NCBI GenBank assembly: GCA_034189385.1 | Contig: JAXHVD010000021.1 | Location: 1 to 45,040, forward strand | Direction: 5' to 3' | DNA: 45,040 nucleotides | DNA from: Thermodesulfobacteriota bacterium | Lineage (GTDB): Bacteria > Desulfobacterota > Desulfobacteria > Desulfobacterales > C00003060 | In this document: positions 16,264 through 26,178 of the stretch, one piece after another | Numbering within the stretch: position 1 is the stretch's first letter | Layout of the letters: every line of letters begins with the position of its first letter | Program-made: the position numbers and the translations under genes | Notes under the pieces: generated by a model | Told to the model about the DNA's origin: nothing | Database searches by the model: none | Seen by the model: the letters and a program-made list of their open reading frames with translations, nothing else

Positions 16264-19074
16264 TCATGAAGGGAGAACGTATTTTTTCCCTTTTCGAACG
16301 AGGGCATTCTCTTTTTCCATCTGTTTGAGATGTTCTCCTACGGTACCTCTCCGAATCCCAGTATTTCGGTGGATCTGTGTGACAGTGGCCGCGTGGTTCT
16401 CTTTCAGCCAGTCAAGGACAGCCTGTTTCACCTGCTGATATTTGCTGTCACTGCGCCGAAATCGGTGGGGGGCAATCTCGGCCCTAGGTTCACCTGCCTC
16501 GCCAAGGGACAAGAAAGGTTCATAGTCAGAAACAGGGTCTTTGGAGAGGATGTAGAAATCAACGTCGTGAATGATGTAATGGGTGAGGGCCAAGGCCCGC
16601 CTCTGTTCAGAGAACTGCAACGATTTTGTCAACTGACCAACCAGCGCGTAATCGTCCTTGTAGACACGCTCGCCAGTGGTTTCCTCCCGGGCCCAGAGAG
16701 TCGATTCTGTTGGGGTGCATCCATCAGCAGACAAGATATCTCGGATCCACTCTAGGGCCATGGCGACTTCCACTCCCTCTGAAGGGCGAAACCCTCCCAA
16801 GACAACGGCAATGTCGCAGTCTTTAGCGCGATGACCTCCGTGGTCAAGGCCTCCATAGGAGACTACCACAGGGTCTAACTCAGGATATTCCTTTTCCAGA
16901 AAGCCCTTAAGATATCCCTTTATGGTCGTTTCAGAGGCGACAAAGAAGTATCTGTGGTCCTTTCCCTGCTCCCGCAGCAGGTCCTGGATGAACTCCTGGA
17001 CCTTTTGTGCCTTCTCTCCTTGGCTCTTGCCCGGCAAATCAATCTCCCCATTCTGGGTTACCCTGATTCGCCCAAAAGGCTTTATGTCCAAGGTCATCTG
17101 TTCAAACTGAATGTCTTGCAGTTTCTTTTCCACCAGGTGATCTTCCGGCATAGTGGCATCGAAAAAAGCGTGGGCAGGGAGCTTCGAGAGATTGTAGGCC
17201 GTTGGGTTTGGAAAGTGGACTAAAAGGGAACCGTTCTTCCTCTCAACAACCACGCCCAGCCGTATAGCATGTTCAAGCCATTGCAAATAGTCTTCGACCC
17301 TGCCCACATCACGAAGGGCCTCCGGGATAGACAGTTGTGAATGGTGAAATGATTTCTTCCAGTTCTTTACCATGGCATTAGAAAACCTGAATGTGGCGTT
17401 TACAGGCGGCGTGATGGCAGTGTCATCGCACTTGGTGATCTCTTTAAAAAGCTGGTCCACGTGACCAATGGCCTTACCGGCCTTGTCAAAGGGAGACAAG
17501 AACTCCGTCGATTTCGTCAAGAACTCCTTGGTCTTTGCCTCGTCAAGGATAAGCGGCTGATAACACCTTGAAAAAATAAAGTCTTCGGCAAGTGCAAAAA
17601 CATCTCTTCCCACTGCGTCTCTTTTTTCATCAACCCCCTGTTTGAACCATTTGCAGAGATTCGGGTTCTCACAGAAGGGGGCATATTCATAATGGGTGGC
17701 GACAATGATTCTGGAAAAGGGGGCACGCTCCTGATGGGAGATAAATCTGCAGTATGCCTTCTTTTCGCAATCCTCGCATGTATCTTTGTTGAAGGTCCAA
17801 TGCTGGCGATACCCAGCGGCGAGCTCCTCATAATAGGGACACTCCTTTTCATTTAAGCTATCTACATAGTAGACTTCCTTTTGAAGAAGCTCCCTCTTAA
17901 GGTCCCTCTTTAGAAAACCGTTCTCGTAGTCGAAGTGCTTCCAATATTTAAGACCTTTTTTCTGTGCGATTCTGATTTTGAGGTATCGTACGATTTCCTG
18001 ACAAAGCCTGTGTGTAGGCATGAATATGATAGCGGACAGGGCCTCATTTTCCACCAAGGCTTCTGGCAGGGCATAAACCTTGCCCAGGCCCATGGGTCCG
18101 TCTACAAAGAGGGCCTTTTCCTTTGCAACCCTCTTTGTCCAGCCCAGGGCCTTGTTCCTGTCCCTTTCAAGGGCGATCTCCGTGCATATGGGATATATGA
18201 CGGGTCGAACAGCGTCTTGAAAGTGTTGCCATATGGTTTCTTCGAATCCAACCTGTGTGGAAAGGTGCTCAAGCGTTTCCGTTGGGTCATATTCTGACAA
18301 CCATAGGTTCCGCTCCAAGGCCTCCTGAAAGAGGTTTTCGTCGAAATCAGCATCGCCTCTCTCCGCCAGGCGGCTTCTCACAGCCTCTCTTAGAGATTCT
18401 CCAGCCGTTTGTTTCAGTATCTCAATCCACGCAATGCTTTTCTCTCCAAGTTGCTTTGGATCACCCTCGCTCCATTTGGGAGAGACGCCTTCCTCATCTA
18501 TTTCCACTCGCGATATCCTGCTGGGACTCAGGCACACCAAGAGGTTTCGGAACCTGGGGGTGTCTGGATAGAGCCTCCTGAGTTGAATCTCTCCTGTCTC
18601 ATTCTCTTTTTCCTGCTTTCTCTCTACGTCTCCTGGTATCATCATTAAGTAGGGAACGCCCGGCGTTGTATAGAGCGCATAGGAATCAGAGGGGTAACGA
18701 TTCACTAAGTCCACATAGCCAATCGTCTCATCTTCCCAGGCCGGGATAGACTTAAATTTTAGAAAATCGTGTTCATCGGCCATCCGTTCGCGCTGAATGA
18801 ACTGCTCCCACGTATTGGCTGCCGGGTTTGAGTTGGGGACAATGATGAAATCTCGAAGATCGACTAGAGGATTATCTCTGGGAAGGGGTTTGAGGCTGGT
18901 CTTTTTGCACTTGCGACATGTGATGCCTTGATAGATGAAGTTTCCACAATCGGCATAGACAACACCCCAAAGTCGTAAAAGGTCTTTGAACTCTTCTTGC
19001 CCATAGGCTTGTTGGCACTCTGGGTTTTCACAGATAAAAGGGAAAACGTCTTCACGGACCTTAGGGTCAAACAT
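16264..19074 (-). CDS. Large hypothetical protein: N-terminal Cys motifs, degenerate SF2 helicase-like core, C-terminal winged HTH
   Basis: CENPEC..CRKC; GPMGLGKV; IIFMPT; CPYY..CEDC....C; IIVATH; FFDAT; TVTQIHRNTGIRRGTVGEHLKQM..LVRKGKKY; RBS GAGGT. Confidence 0.7.
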   Translation of the reverse strand: MFDPKVREDVFPFICENPECQQAYGQEEFKDLLRLWGVVYADCGNFIYQGITCRKCKKTSLKPLPRDNPLVDLRDFIIVPNSNPAANTWEQFIQRERMADEHDFLKFKSIPAWEDETIGYVDLVNRYPSDSYALYTTPGVPYLMMIPGDVERKQEKENETGEIQLRRLYPDTPRFRNLLVCLSPSRISRVEIDEEGVSPKWSEGDPKQLGEKSIAWIEILKQTAGESLREAVRSRLAERGDADFDENLFQEALERNLWLSEYDPTETLEHLSTQVGFEETIWQHFQDAVRPVIYPICTEIALERDRNKALGWTKRVAKEKALFVDGPMGLGKVYALPEALVENEALSAIIFMPTHRLCQEIVRYLKIRIAQKKGLKYWKHFDYENGFLKRDLKRELLQKEVYYVDSLNEKECPYYEELAAGYRQHWTFNKDTCEDCEKKAYCRFISHQERAPFSRIIVATHYEYAPFCENPNLCKWFKQGVDEKRDAVGRDVFALAEDFIFSRCYQPLILDEAKTKEFLTKSTEFLSPFDKAGKAIGHVDQLFKEITKCDDTAITPPVNATFRFSNAMVKNWKKSFHHSQLSIPEALRDVGRVEDYLQWLEHAIRLGVVVERKNGSLLVHFPNPTAYNLSKLPAHAFFDATMPEDHLVEKKLQDIQFEQMTLDIKPFGRIRVTQNGEIDLPGKSQGEKAQKVQEFIQDLLREQGKDHRYFFVASETTIKGYLKGFLEKEYPELDPVVVSYGGLDHGGHRAKDCDIAVVLGGFRPSEGVEVAMALEWIRDILSADGCTPTESTLWAREETTGERVYKDDYALVGQLTKSLQFSEQRRALALTHYIIHDVDFYILSKDPVSDYEPFLSLGEAGEPRAEIAPHRFRRSDSKYQQVKQAVLDWLKENHAATVTQIHRNTGIRRGTVGEHLKQMEKENALVRKGKKYVLPS

Positions 19075-19588
19075 ACGCTACCTCACGTCGTGCCGCGGCT
19101 GCAAATTCAGCCGTGTGACGCAGTGCTTGGGGCTTGTTGATGGATTAGCGATATGTTACCTTAAATTGACTAAAAGTTCAAGTGTGATGGTCCCGCAAGA
19201 ACTCTTTTGCGAACGACTGTTAGCGTTTTGGGAGAACAGCAGTCACGATGTTTAGCGTTAAGAAATGCTAACTGTTTTAGGCCTTTAGGCAGGGTCTTAG
19301 TATTTTGCTGAACGTTTCGAGTGCGCCCAACATGCTCACGGAGAGAGGAAAATGAATTTTTTACGACTTCAGCAAATAGTTATACAAAGAAAAATGGAGG
19401 GGGTCAGAGTTTCATGGAATGAGCCGGTATGCCCCATGAGCCGATGGGTCCGTTAAAGGATTCGGAATCTTCTTTTAAGCGTTTTATTGAGGCCTTGGGT
19501 GCTGTTGGCGATGTCAGTCGGAGTGAGAAGATTCAGACATTTGCTCTATGGCAGAAGATGATTTTGTGGTAGCGTCACGGGGCATTTC

Positions 19589-19852
19589 ATGAGACGAGAT
19601 TTTTTTCTAATCGTTGGTCACGAGGGCCGCAAGAAGAGACGAAAGAGAGCGAAACCTGCCACCAGGCAGGAGGTTGAGCTTAACTTAGATCTCCTTCAGG
19701 AGAGTCCTTGTTTGCGCTGCGAGCTGTTTGTTGAGGACAAGTCCTGCCCTCATCGGAAGGGCTGTAGTAAGCTCGATGAATTTCAAAGGGTTGCAGCCTC
19801 TCACCGAACGCTGTCCAAGTTCCAGGACATATGGTCCATTTGCAAGATCTGA
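19589..19852 (+). CDS. Small Cys-rich hypothetical protein
   Basis: 87 aa; SPCLRC..SC....C cluster; sits in otherwise free space. Confidence 0.5.
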   Translation: MRRDFFLIVGHEGRKKRRKRAKPATRQEVELNLDLLQESPCLRCELFVEDKSCPHRKGCSKLDEFQRVAASHRTLSKFQDIWSICKI

Positions 19853-20025
19853 ACCGAGGCCCCAGCCCCTTTTTTCTGTGAATCTGAAGTGGCTCGAAGG
19901 CCAGCCAGTGCCCATCGGTGCATGACCTTTGAAAGGTTGGGTTCTGCCTGCGTTCTCCATTCAAGCGTGAGGTTCTTTTCATGAGCAAAGCCGCACAAGG
20001 GTTCTTGGAGACCCTACACTAGCCC

Positions 20026-20961
20026 ATGGGCCGGTATCTTCTGAAGCGACTCAGCCTGCTTGTTCCCACGGTACTTGGCGTGCTGACTCTGGTCTTTTTC
20101 TTCCGTCCTCTCATACCTGGGGATCCCATCGATTTCATGCTGGGCGAGACGGCCCAGCCTGCCGATCGTGCCTCGTTGCGGCACGCTTTCCACCTGGACC
20201 GTCCTCTCCACGAGCAGTACCTTATCTTTCTGAGGAAAGCCCTTTGCGGTGATTTGGGACAGTCCATTCATGCGCGCAGGCCTGTGAAAAGGATGATCGC
20301 CGAACGCATCCCTGCAACGGTGGAACTCACCTTGGCAGCTGCCTTGGTGGCTGTGCTCATTGCCGTGCCCGCAGGGGTCCTGTCGGCCCTGCACAAGGAC
20401 TCGTGGGTGGACAATGGCGCCATGTTATTTGCCATGTTAGGGGTCGCTATGCCCAATTTTTGGCTAGGCCCTCTTCTGATCATGTTCTTTTCCATATACT
20501 TGGGCTGGTTTCCAGTCTCTGGCCACGGAGGGCTTGCCCATCTCGTGTTGCCTGCCCTCACACTGGGTACAGCCATGGCGGCCATTTTGACCCGTATGAC
20601 CCGCTCCAGCATGCTTGAGGTCCTAAAGGAAGACTATATTACGACGGCTCGGGCAAAGGGGCTCTCAGAGAGGGTGGTCATATGGAAACACGCTTTCCGC
20701 AATGGCTGTATCCCCATTCTGACCCTGCTGGGGTTGCAGTTGGGAGGCCTGTTGGCCGGCTCCATCATTACAGAGACGATCTTTTCATGGCCCGGTATCG
20801 GGCGCTTAACCATTACAGCCATTTATTCAAGAGATTATCCCCTGCTCCAGGGTTGTGTCATAACGATTAGCTTCACCTACATCCTCATCAATCTGTTGAC
20901 GGATCTCGCTTATGCATGGAGCGATTCCAGGATACGTCTTGGCAGAGAGCCTGTTGCGTAG
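20026..20961 (+). CDS. Peptide/nickel ABC transporter permease (DppB/OppB family)
   Basis: PGDP, GDLGQS, MPNFWLG, EDYITTARAKGL (EAA), TETIFSWPGIG, RDYP. Confidence 0.93.
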   Translation: MGRYLLKRLSLLVPTVLGVLTLVFFFRPLIPGDPIDFMLGETAQPADRASLRHAFHLDRPLHEQYLIFLRKALCGDLGQSIHARRPVKRMIAERIPATVELTLAAALVAVLIAVPAGVLSALHKDSWVDNGAMLFAMLGVAMPNFWLGPLLIMFFSIYLGWFPVSGHGGLAHLVLPALTLGTAMAAILTRMTRSSMLEVLKEDYITTARAKGLSERVVIWKHAFRNGCIPILTLLGLQLGGLLAGSIITETIFSWPGIGRLTITAIYSRDYPLLQGCVITISFTYILINLLTDLAYAWSDSRIRLGREPVA

Positions 20962-20971
20962 AGGGTGCCAA

Positions 20972-21796
20972 ATGTTTTGGCCTAAGTCTTTTAACGTCAG
21001 AAATCGTCTCGTCCTTTTGGGCCTCGTCATTATTGTGATCATGATCCTTGCTGCTCTCCTTGCCCCCCTTCTTACGCCTTATGACCCGTTCTTGCATCAC
21101 CTGGATGAGGGCCTTAGTCGTCCCAGTTGGTCCCATCCCCTAGGCCAGGACAGATTCGGTCGCGACATTCTTGCCCGCATGCTCTATGGGGCCCGCATTT
21201 CCCTTTGGGTCGGGGTCTCTACGGCCCTGGTTTCTCTTATGATCGGGATGATGATTGGAGCCACTGCCGGGTTTTTGGGCGGGGCCTTTGATGAGATCCT
21301 GACCCGGGTCATCGATATCCTCTTGGCCTTTCCCGGCATTCTCCTGGCCTTGGTCCTGATGGCGCTCTTGGGTCCCAGCTTAAACAACGTCATATTGGCG
21401 CTCTGTCTTGTGGGGTGGGTGGGATATGCTCGCCTTGCCCGTGCCCAAGTGCTGTCCATCCGGGAGCGAACGTACATCACTGCGGCCCGCTCCATTGGTG
21501 CCACGCAAAAAAGGATTATTTGCTCTCACATTTTGCCCAACATATTGCCCCCCCTGTTGGTGGAGGCCACATTTGGCATGGGTGGGGCCATTGTCGGGGA
21601 GGCGGGCCTTTCTTTTTTGGGCTTTGGGGTCCAGCCGCCTACGCCGAGTTGGGGGGCCATGCTAAACGAGGGTCGGCAGTTCCTCCTGATTGCACCCCAC
21701 TTGACGACCTTTCCCGGGCTTGCGATCATGCTAGTGGTCCTTGGCTTCAACTTCTTTGGAGATGGGCTGCGTGATATGTTAGATCCTCGATTGTAA
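20972..21796 (+). CDS. Peptide/nickel ABC transporter permease (DppC/OppC family)
   Basis: HPLGQDRFGRD, YGARISL, YITAARSIGA, HILPN, LSFLGFG, PSWG, GDGLRD.LDP. Confidence 0.93.
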   Translation: MFWPKSFNVRNRLVLLGLVIIVIMILAALLAPLLTPYDPFLHHLDEGLSRPSWSHPLGQDRFGRDILARMLYGARISLWVGVSTALVSLMIGMMIGATAGFLGGAFDEILTRVIDILLAFPGILLALVLMALLGPSLNNVILALCLVGWVGYARLARAQVLSIRERTYITAARSIGATQKRIICSHILPNILPPLLVEATFGMGGAIVGEAGLSFLGFGVQPPTPSWGAMLNEGRQFLLIAPHLTTFPGLAIMLVVLGFNFFGDGLRDMLDPRL

Positions 21797-21854
21797 CCAA
21801 GAGTGCGGGGCCAAACCGAATCAGGCCCGCTTTAGCTGTGGAAGGGGACAGGCC

Positions 21855-22886
21855 ATGCATCGGGCAGACACTCTTACGAATGAGCAACTGGCGGGCCAGA
21901 GCCTGATGGTTGGATTCGAAGGGCCGCGATTGGACGATGACCTACGATCTATGATAGGCCAAATGCACGTGGGCGGCCTTGTCCTGTTTAAACGAAACGT
22001 ATCTGATCCCCATGGGTTGGCAGAGCTTTGTGGGGACGTGCAGGCCCTTTCACTGAGAACAGGTGATCCTCCCCTCATGATTTCTGTTGATCAGGAAGGT
22101 GGCTCGGTGGCCCGGCTGGGGCCCCCCTTCACGGTTTTCCCAGGAAACCGGGTTATAGGGAAAGCCAGATCTCAAAATGCCGCCAGAGCCTTTGGGACCA
22201 CCACGGCACGGGAACTGAAGCACGTGGGGATTACTATGAATCTTGCACCCGTACTGGATGTCATTGAGCAGGAGGGCGATTGCCCTGTCATGGCAGATAG
22301 GGTCTTTGGGGATGATCCGAAACTGGCAGCAGATATGGGCAGGGTCGTGATTGAGGCACTGCAGCAAGGCGGGGTCGCCGCCACGGCCAAGCATTTTCCA
22401 GGGATGGGGCGGGCAGTGGCCGATCCTCACAACGACGTTGCCCACATTGATACAGAAAGGCACGTTCTGGAATCGAGGGATCTGGTTCCATTTCAGTCTG
22501 CCATAGAAAGCGGTGTGGAAGTGGTGATGCTATCCCATATGGTATACGATGCCCTTGATCCCCTGTGGCCTGCTAGTCTGTCGTCAGTCATCGCCAAAGA
22601 CCTGTTGAGAGAAACCATGGGCTTTAAAGGGGTCACCATCACCGATGACCTGGACATGGGGGCTATTGATAGGCACTTTGACGTGGGGACCGTTGTGAGA
22701 CGGATCTGTGATGCGGACATTGACATTGCCTTGATATGCCGTGATCGGGCCAAGATGGAGACTGCCTACGAGGCCCTGTTGGCGGCCATGGGGGAGTCGC
22801 CTGAGAGGCGGAGAAGGAGACTCCTGTCTGTTCAACGTCTTCTAGACCTAAAAGGGCGTTACGCCCCTCAAGAGGTGGTTTGTTGA
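21855..22886 (+). CDS. nagZ: Beta-N-acetylhexosaminidase (GH3)
   Basis: GGLVLFKRN, VDQEGG.V.R, NLAPVLD, KHFPGxG....D.H, ITDDLDMGA. Confidence 0.88.
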   Translation: MHRADTLTNEQLAGQSLMVGFEGPRLDDDLRSMIGQMHVGGLVLFKRNVSDPHGLAELCGDVQALSLRTGDPPLMISVDQEGGSVARLGPPFTVFPGNRVIGKARSQNAARAFGTTTARELKHVGITMNLAPVLDVIEQEGDCPVMADRVFGDDPKLAADMGRVVIEALQQGGVAATAKHFPGMGRAVADPHNDVAHIDTERHVLESRDLVPFQSAIESGVEVVMLSHMVYDALDPLWPASLSSVIAKDLLRETMGFKGVTITDDLDMGAIDRHFDVGTVVRRICDADIDIALICRDRAKMETAYEALLAAMGESPERRRRRLLSVQRLLDLKGRYAPQEVVC

Positions 22887-23026
22887 CAGGGATGCCATAT
22901 TTTTCTATAGTGCCCAAGGTTGATCGGCAGCCAGCGGGATATTGCCGTCCTGGTCCACCAGAAGCAGTGCGAAACAGGGTCCGTTCATAACGCAGGGCTT
23001 GTGTTAGAATGTTTCAGGAGAAGTCC

Positions 23027-24514
23027 ATGTACCGCGAGAACTACATCAATTCGCTCCGGACTGAAGTGGTGGATATGGTGGCCGGTTACTTGACCCCTGT
23101 GGCCCTTCGCTACGGTTACAGCGACGTGCCTTTGGAGGCCAACATCAAGTGGCGGCCCCAGGTATTGGTGCTGGGCAATTACTCATCTGGCAAGTCTACC
23201 CTCATCAACGAGTTCCTTGGAGGAAACATCCAGGCCACGGGTCAGGCACCCACTGACGACTCCTTTACGGTGATTACCCACGATGACTCAGACACTGTTG
23301 GCAATATCGTGCGCGTCATTGAGGAACGGGACGGGAAGTTTTTGCTCAACGACCCTGAATTCCCTTACGAAAGCTTGAAAAAACACGGACAGCGTTTTGC
23401 CTCCCATTTCCGCCTAAAAAGGGTTAACTCGCCCTTTCTGGAAAACCTAGCTATCATCGACACACCTGGTATGCTCGACAGCATAACGGAACGGGATCGT
23501 GGTTACAACTATCAGGATATTATTGGCGACCTGGCACAGATCGCCGATCTTGTCCTAGTGGTCTTTGATGCCCACAAGGCGGGCACTGTCCGGGAAGCCT
23601 ACATCAGCATCAGGGAGACCTTGCCGAGCCGGACATTTGAGGACCGGGTGATCTTTGTATTGAACCGCATCGATGAGTGCGCGTCGCTGGCAGACCTCCT
23701 TCGGGTGTATGGGACCCTTTGCTGGAACCTGTCACAAATCACTGGACGCAAAGACATTCCCATGATTCGCTTGACCTATTCTCCCCATGTGACAGGTGGT
23801 TTTTTTGATGCATCGGACCAGGATTCAGGTTACCTTGGCCATCTCGAGAACCAGCGTGAGGAACTGAAGAAGGCCATCTTGCAGGCCCCTTGTCACCACC
23901 TTGATCACCTTGCCACATTCGTTGAAACCCATGGAGAGCGTCTGTCTCATTTGCTTGAAGCCCTCATCGGCTATCGCAGGCGGGCTCGCGCATTCCGCGC
24001 AAAATTCGTGCTGGCCGGTCTCTTGTTCAGTGTGCTCTGTGGGGGCGCAGCCACCTTTGCCATGATGACCACGACCGCGTTTGCTAGTATGGGGCCCCGT
24101 GCACTGTTGGGTGGAGGAGGCGTGGTGGCGCTAGTGGTGCTGTTTTTTTGGCTGACACTGCTCATGAGATACTTCACGTCGTCATTCCACCGCAATTGTA
24201 TGAAGGACCTTGATGAACTGACGCCCATTGAGAATCAGACGCGGCGGGACAGCTGGCAGGCAGTTCGACACCTGGCACAAAGTTACCTGAAAAAGAGCGC
24301 CGGACGTTTTTCCTTCAGGGCGGTAAAGCAGGAATATGCAGCCGTGCGCCGGGTTTTTGACAAGGGGTCCCGAGAGATCCGTGAAGCGCTCAATGAGCTT
24401 TCCACCATCAGTGACGGTGAGGGAAGGGCTGATGATGGTTCCATTTCCGCCCCTTCGCCCTTGCGGGGAGAAGAAATGGGAAAAGCAGTCCGGCTGAAGC
24501 AAAGAAACTCATGA
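23027..24514 (+). CDS. EHD-like dynamin-superfamily P-loop NTPase with two C-terminal TM helices
   Basis: GNYSSGKS, APTDDSFT, IIDTPGM, RGYNY, FDAHK, VLNRID, LLRVYGTL.WNL; AGGAG RBS. Confidence 0.85.
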   Translation: MYRENYINSLRTEVVDMVAGYLTPVALRYGYSDVPLEANIKWRPQVLVLGNYSSGKSTLINEFLGGNIQATGQAPTDDSFTVITHDDSDTVGNIVRVIEERDGKFLLNDPEFPYESLKKHGQRFASHFRLKRVNSPFLENLAIIDTPGMLDSITERDRGYNYQDIIGDLAQIADLVLVVFDAHKAGTVREAYISIRETLPSRTFEDRVIFVLNRIDECASLADLLRVYGTLCWNLSQITGRKDIPMIRLTYSPHVTGGFFDASDQDSGYLGHLENQREELKKAILQAPCHHLDHLATFVETHGERLSHLLEALIGYRRRARAFRAKFVLAGLLFSVLCGGAATFAMMTTTAFASMGPRALLGGGGVVALVVLFFWLTLLMRYFTSSFHRNCMKDLDELTPIENQTRRDSWQAVRHLAQSYLKKSAGRFSFRAVKQEYAAVRRVFDKGSREIREALNELSTISDGEGRADDGSISAPSPLRGEEMGKAVRLKQRNS

Positions 24515-24709
24515 TGGGCTTTCTGGCCCATCAAAGGATTAACTGACTTACGCCCGAACACCCTTCATTGCGGTGAACCACATCCCCCTCTGTCAGATCT
24601 TTGCCCTGCTCGGGGCCTGCCTCTGGCTCCCAATGTTCTTTTCGTCGTACTGAAGACTTCCATATCCCCATTGATTGATAAGAAACGGCTTTGTGGGACA
24701 GGGCACTGT

Positions 24710-26044
24710 CTAAAAGAAGGGAGATTGCCGTTTTGCGGCATTGATCCATGCTTCAACCCGGCGCTTCACCAGAGGCGTTTTTCGAAGTCCGACGGCCTTG
24801 TTGATGGTGAGGAGCTCTGCAAAAAGTTCATTGGGGCGTTGATGACGCAGGTCTTCTGGCCAGCAGATGCCGGCCATCTCCAGTAGTCGCGCATTTTCAG
24901 AGCCCATGTTGACCAGGGATACAAGGGTAAGACGACGGTGGATGGGGTCGCGAAAGGGGACGCTGATTACCGCTGATGCCTTGCCCCAGTCTGCCAGGAT
25001 TTCTGCAGGGTATCGCCATCCCTTCTTGGTGAGTGCCTCTGCTTCAGAGAGGCTGACATCTCCAAGGATCTCCTGGAGTGATTCGGAGCGACTGTCGATG
25101 GTACGTGTATTCATTTGGTCGTAGGACCATTCGCTCAGAAAGAGACCCAAAAGCACAAGAAGTGCGTAACCTGTCTTGTGGGTGAATCGTGAGGCCCTTT
25201 TTTCCCCTGTTGCCTCTGGCAGCCAATGGCGGCCACCGCGGAGCAGATAGACGGCGTTCGTCATGACGAAACATTCCACACAAAAGGGCGGAAAGCCCAG
25301 AAACCCCAGGTACGGCATTTCGAGCAGTTTGCCCTTTGCAAAAAAAGGCACCGTGTACACCCATTTTTCCAGGGACCAGAAATTGCAGAGCTCCCAGTAG
25401 CCGCCGCATAAGATTCCGGCAATGAGCAGACGGACCAGGGTGGTCCATTGTCCGGTTTCCACATCTCTCAGTAGAGAAGGCCCACCCCATTTCGCACAGA
25501 TTGGTTCCAGCAAGAAGATGAGGCCCCCCCACACCAAAGGAAAAAACCAGTCAGGATAGAGGAGAGGCAGTACCAGCATGGCACATCCGACCAACGGGCA
25601 TGCCTTGCGGCCCCACCCCTTCATGGTGGCCTTGGTTTTCACCTGCCCGGGGATCTTCAACCGACACAGGAGGCGGTATACCAAGAACATGCCCGGCAGC
25701 ACCGTGGCGAAGTCAAGATAGGCTTCCACATGAGCCCATGGCCCTTCCGACGGGGCACCGGCAAAATACCAATCCTTTAAGTGGAGATTCCAGATCTCAA
25801 AGTAAAACCAGAAGACGGCAGACCAGAACAGGAGGGTTACAAATTCCCTTGGCCTTGCGAGTATGAGTCCTTCCTTCCAACGCCACCAGAGGAACCCGTC
25901 CATGAAGACGATGAGTCCGTACCAGGCAAATGGATAGGTGTGGGCATAAAAGGGAAAGAGGTAGTTGGCAGTGCCCCAAAAGGTTACCAACAGGGTCAAG
26001 AGGCCTGTGGCCATCATCATTTTGCTGAGAGAGTGGCGGCTCAT
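24710..26044 (-). CDS. Multi-pass membrane protein with C-terminal DUF4332-like (HhH) domain
   Basis: Many TM segments; WE..N..W.Y; EMPYLGFLGFPPF; MG...ARLL..AGI..EDL..P.EL..WI..A. Confidence 0.7.
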   Translation of the reverse strand: MSRHSLSKMMMATGLLTLLVTFWGTANYLFPFYAHTYPFAWYGLIVFMDGFLWWRWKEGLILARPREFVTLLFWSAVFWFYFEIWNLHLKDWYFAGAPSEGPWAHVEAYLDFATVLPGMFLVYRLLCRLKIPGQVKTKATMKGWGRKACPLVGCAMLVLPLLYPDWFFPLVWGGLIFLLEPICAKWGGPSLLRDVETGQWTTLVRLLIAGILCGGYWELCNFWSLEKWVYTVPFFAKGKLLEMPYLGFLGFPPFCVECFVMTNAVYLLRGGRHWLPEATGEKRASRFTHKTGYALLVLLGLFLSEWSYDQMNTRTIDSRSESLQEILGDVSLSEAEALTKKGWRYPAEILADWGKASAVISVPFRDPIHRRLTLVSLVNMGSENARLLEMAGICWPEDLRHQRPNELFAELLTINKAVGLRKTPLVKRRVEAWINAAKRQSPFF

Positions 26045-26178
26045 GGAACATCAGCGTAAGGTTGTTGTCTTTTTAACTATACGCTCGCTAACCCCGCAGC
26101 CTGCGACGCACTGGCATCAGGCAGAGCCTACAGGGGCTGCGGTAGCTCTCCTGTGGAGAATGCGCTTGCTTATTCGGT

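Noticed and set aside
22380..22432. NagZ inactivation (KHFPGMG...DPH instead of KHFPGHG...DSH)
   Set aside because: Catalytic Asp-His dyad and nucleophile Asp are retained; treated as family variation.
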